Below are positions 62,465-64,000 of a DNA stretch of 64,000 bases, piece after piece. A program made the position numbers and the translations under genes. This DNA is from an uncultured Chloroflexia bacterium. Its GTDB lineage: Bacteria > Chloroflexota > Anaerolineae > CG2-30-64-16. The notes under the pieces are model-generated. The model was not told the origin of the DNA. It was given only the letters and a program-made list of their open reading frames with translations, and made no database searches. Each line of letters opens with the position of its first letter. The first letter of the stretch is position 1. Location of the stretch: positions 864,001 through 928,000 of the forward strand of contig CAWEMM010000006.1 in the NCBI GenBank assembly GCA_963810095.1. The letters run 5' to 3'.

Positions 62465-64000
62465 ATGAATTACACGATTCACTTCGAGCCCGGCAGCGTC
62501 GCCGTTGATGTACCCAGTGGCACCACCCTGGGCGAGGCAGCGCGCAAGGCTGGGTTCGATCTGAATCAGCCGTGCGGCGGCCAGGGCCGCTGCGGCCGCT
62601 GTGCCGTGATCGTCGACCCCGCCCGCTCTGCCGTTCGCCGCCGCTCCACCATCCGCCTCTCGGCCGACGACGTTGCGACGGGTTATGCGCTCGCCTGCCA
62701 GACCGTGGTCGAGGGCGACTGCTGGGTGACCGTACCCCAGCAGGAAACCATCGAGCGGCGGCTCGTCACGCAGAAGGCGGCGGCCCGCGTCCAGGTCCCC
62801 TTCGACTACGCCCCCGACCGCCAGCAACCCATCCGCCGCTACTTTCTGCGCCTGGACCCGCCTGACTATTCCGATCAAACGGACGACTGGTCGCGCGTGC
62901 AGCGGGAACTCGCACGCCAGGGCCTGGCGACCGTCCGGACGAGCCTGCCCGTGCTGCGCCAAATGGGCGCCGTGCTGCGTGGGGAATTGCCCGAGACGGC
63001 CAGCAACGGCGACGGCCAGGACAGAGACACCGCTTGGGAACCGTGGGAAGTCACCGCGGTCGTGGCATTGGACCGGTGGGACGCTCCCGACGGCCCGGCC
63101 GAAGTCCTCGCAATCCTGCCCGGTGATCAGGCTGACCGCAATTTCGGCGCCGCTGTCGACATTGGGACCACGACCGTCAGCATCTGGTTGGTCGACCTGG
63201 AAAGCGGCGAGGTGGTAGCCCAGGCATCCGACTACAACGGCCAGATCGCCCGCGGCGAGGACGTGATCTCCCGCATCATCTACGCTAAGAAGCCCGGTCA
63301 GCTCGAGGAGCTTCAGGCGTTGGTGGTGGGAACGATCAATCGCCTGCTGGCGGCCGCATGCAAGCAGGTGAACGCCGGGCCCGAAGAGATCTTCAAGCTG
63401 ACCGTGGCCGCGAACCCAACCATGATGCACCTCCTGCTGCTCATCCCGCCCGACCAAATCCGCCTCGCGCCATTCATCCCGACGGTGAACCACACGCCCA
63501 CCGTGAGCGCAGCGGACCTCGGCTTGGCCGCGCACCCCCAGGCGATCGTCGACTGCCTGCCCGGTGTCGCCAGTTATGTCGGGGCGGATATCAGTGCAGG
63601 CGTCCTGCATACCCAGATGCACGAGCAGCCCGACCTCACGCTCTTCATCGACATCGGCACCAACGGCGAGACGGTGCTTGGCAACGCGGACTGGCTCGTC
63701 ACCTGCGCCTGCTCGGCCGGCCCCGCTTTTGAAGGCGCGGGGGTCGAACACGGGATGCGCGCGACATTCGGTGCGATCGAAGAGGTCTGGATCAGCAGCG
63801 AGACCCTCGAGCCAAGTTACCGAGTGATCGGGCGCGGCGATGAGAAACCCAGAGGCATTTGCGGCTCCGGCCTCCTGTCGCTGCTGGCGGAGATGTTCGT
63901 GACCGGCGTGCTCGACAAAGCCGCAAACCTGCGCGTCGGCAGCACGCCTCGCATTCGCGAGGGCGAGCATGGGCCCGAATACGTCGTGGCGTGGGCCAGC
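62465..64000 (+). CDS. RACo/AcsV-type corrinoid reductive activator (2Fe-2S plus ASKHA ATPase); 3' truncated by the window
   Basis: Translated by hand, absent from the ORF track: MNYTIHFEPG...PCGGQGRCGRC...LACQ, VDIGTTT, IDIGTNGE, CSAGPAFEG, GICGSG. Confidence 0.92.
   Translation, partial: MNYTIHFEPGSVAVDVPSGTTLGEAARKAGFDLNQPCGGQGRCGRCAVIVDPARSAVRRRSTIRLSADDVATGYALACQTVVEGDCWVTVPQQETIERRLVTQKAAARVQVPFDYAPDRQQPIRRYFLRLDPPDYSDQTDDWSRVQRELARQGLATVRTSLPVLRQMGAVLRGELPETASNGDGQDRDTAWEPWEVTAVVALDRWDAPDGPAEVLAILPGDQADRNFGAAVDIGTTTVSIWLVDLESGEVVAQASDYNGQIARGEDVISRIIYAKKPGQLEELQALVVGTINRLLAAACKQVNAGPEEIFKLTVAANPTMMHLLLLIPPDQIRLAPFIPTVNHTPTVSAADLGLAAHPQAIVDCLPGVASYVGADISAGVLHTQMHEQPDLTLFIDIGTNGETVLGNADWLVTCACSAGPAFEGAGVEHGMRATFGAIEEVWISSETLEPSYRVIGRGDEKPRGICGSGLLSLLAEMFVTGVLDKAANLRVGSTPRIREGEHGPEYVVAWAS

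Noticed and set aside
62399-63970. 523-aa minus-strand ORF
   Set aside because: Antisense shadow of the plus-strand RACo gene, which the track missed because it runs off the window.

Overview
High-GC bacterial window, most consistent with Chloroflexota (Anaerolineae-like). This is inferred from the protein families, the C-terminal LP-aliphatic tails, the GAAC-N4-GTTC SOS box and the intergenic palindromes. At least 13 genes carry frameshifts, many at homopolymers, which suggests long-read consensus errors. In order the window holds: two phosphohexomutase-family genes; an ECF41 sigma/VOC/DUF1801 module; a stand-alone dnaK; Zn and HtrA proteases; a surface-protein locus (S8 subtilase, beta-propeller, two C25 gingipain-like peptidases, Pro/Thr-rich proteins); rny-recX-recA; a CPA2 antiporter, YyaL, GMC oxidoreductase, rmlC, SDR, DUF4349 and a repeat surface protein; tatA; two two-component systems, one a Cys-GAF/HisKA_2 kinase with an ANTAR regulator; and a Wood-Ljungdahl carbonyl-branch cluster (cooS, acsB, CBS protein, fpr, acsD, acsC, nfnAB, RACo) that runs off the end. 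The best candidate for an undescribed system is layered control of the CODH/ACS cluster: three (A/C)TGAY-N4-GTCAT boxes each centred at -41.5 from a candidate -10, Rex-like palindromes, and an ANTAR-type twin-hairpin/terminator leader that could be read by the nearby ANTAR regulator. A second candidate is a C25 peptidase-based surface sorting locus. Family calls are from motif recognition only; no searches were run.
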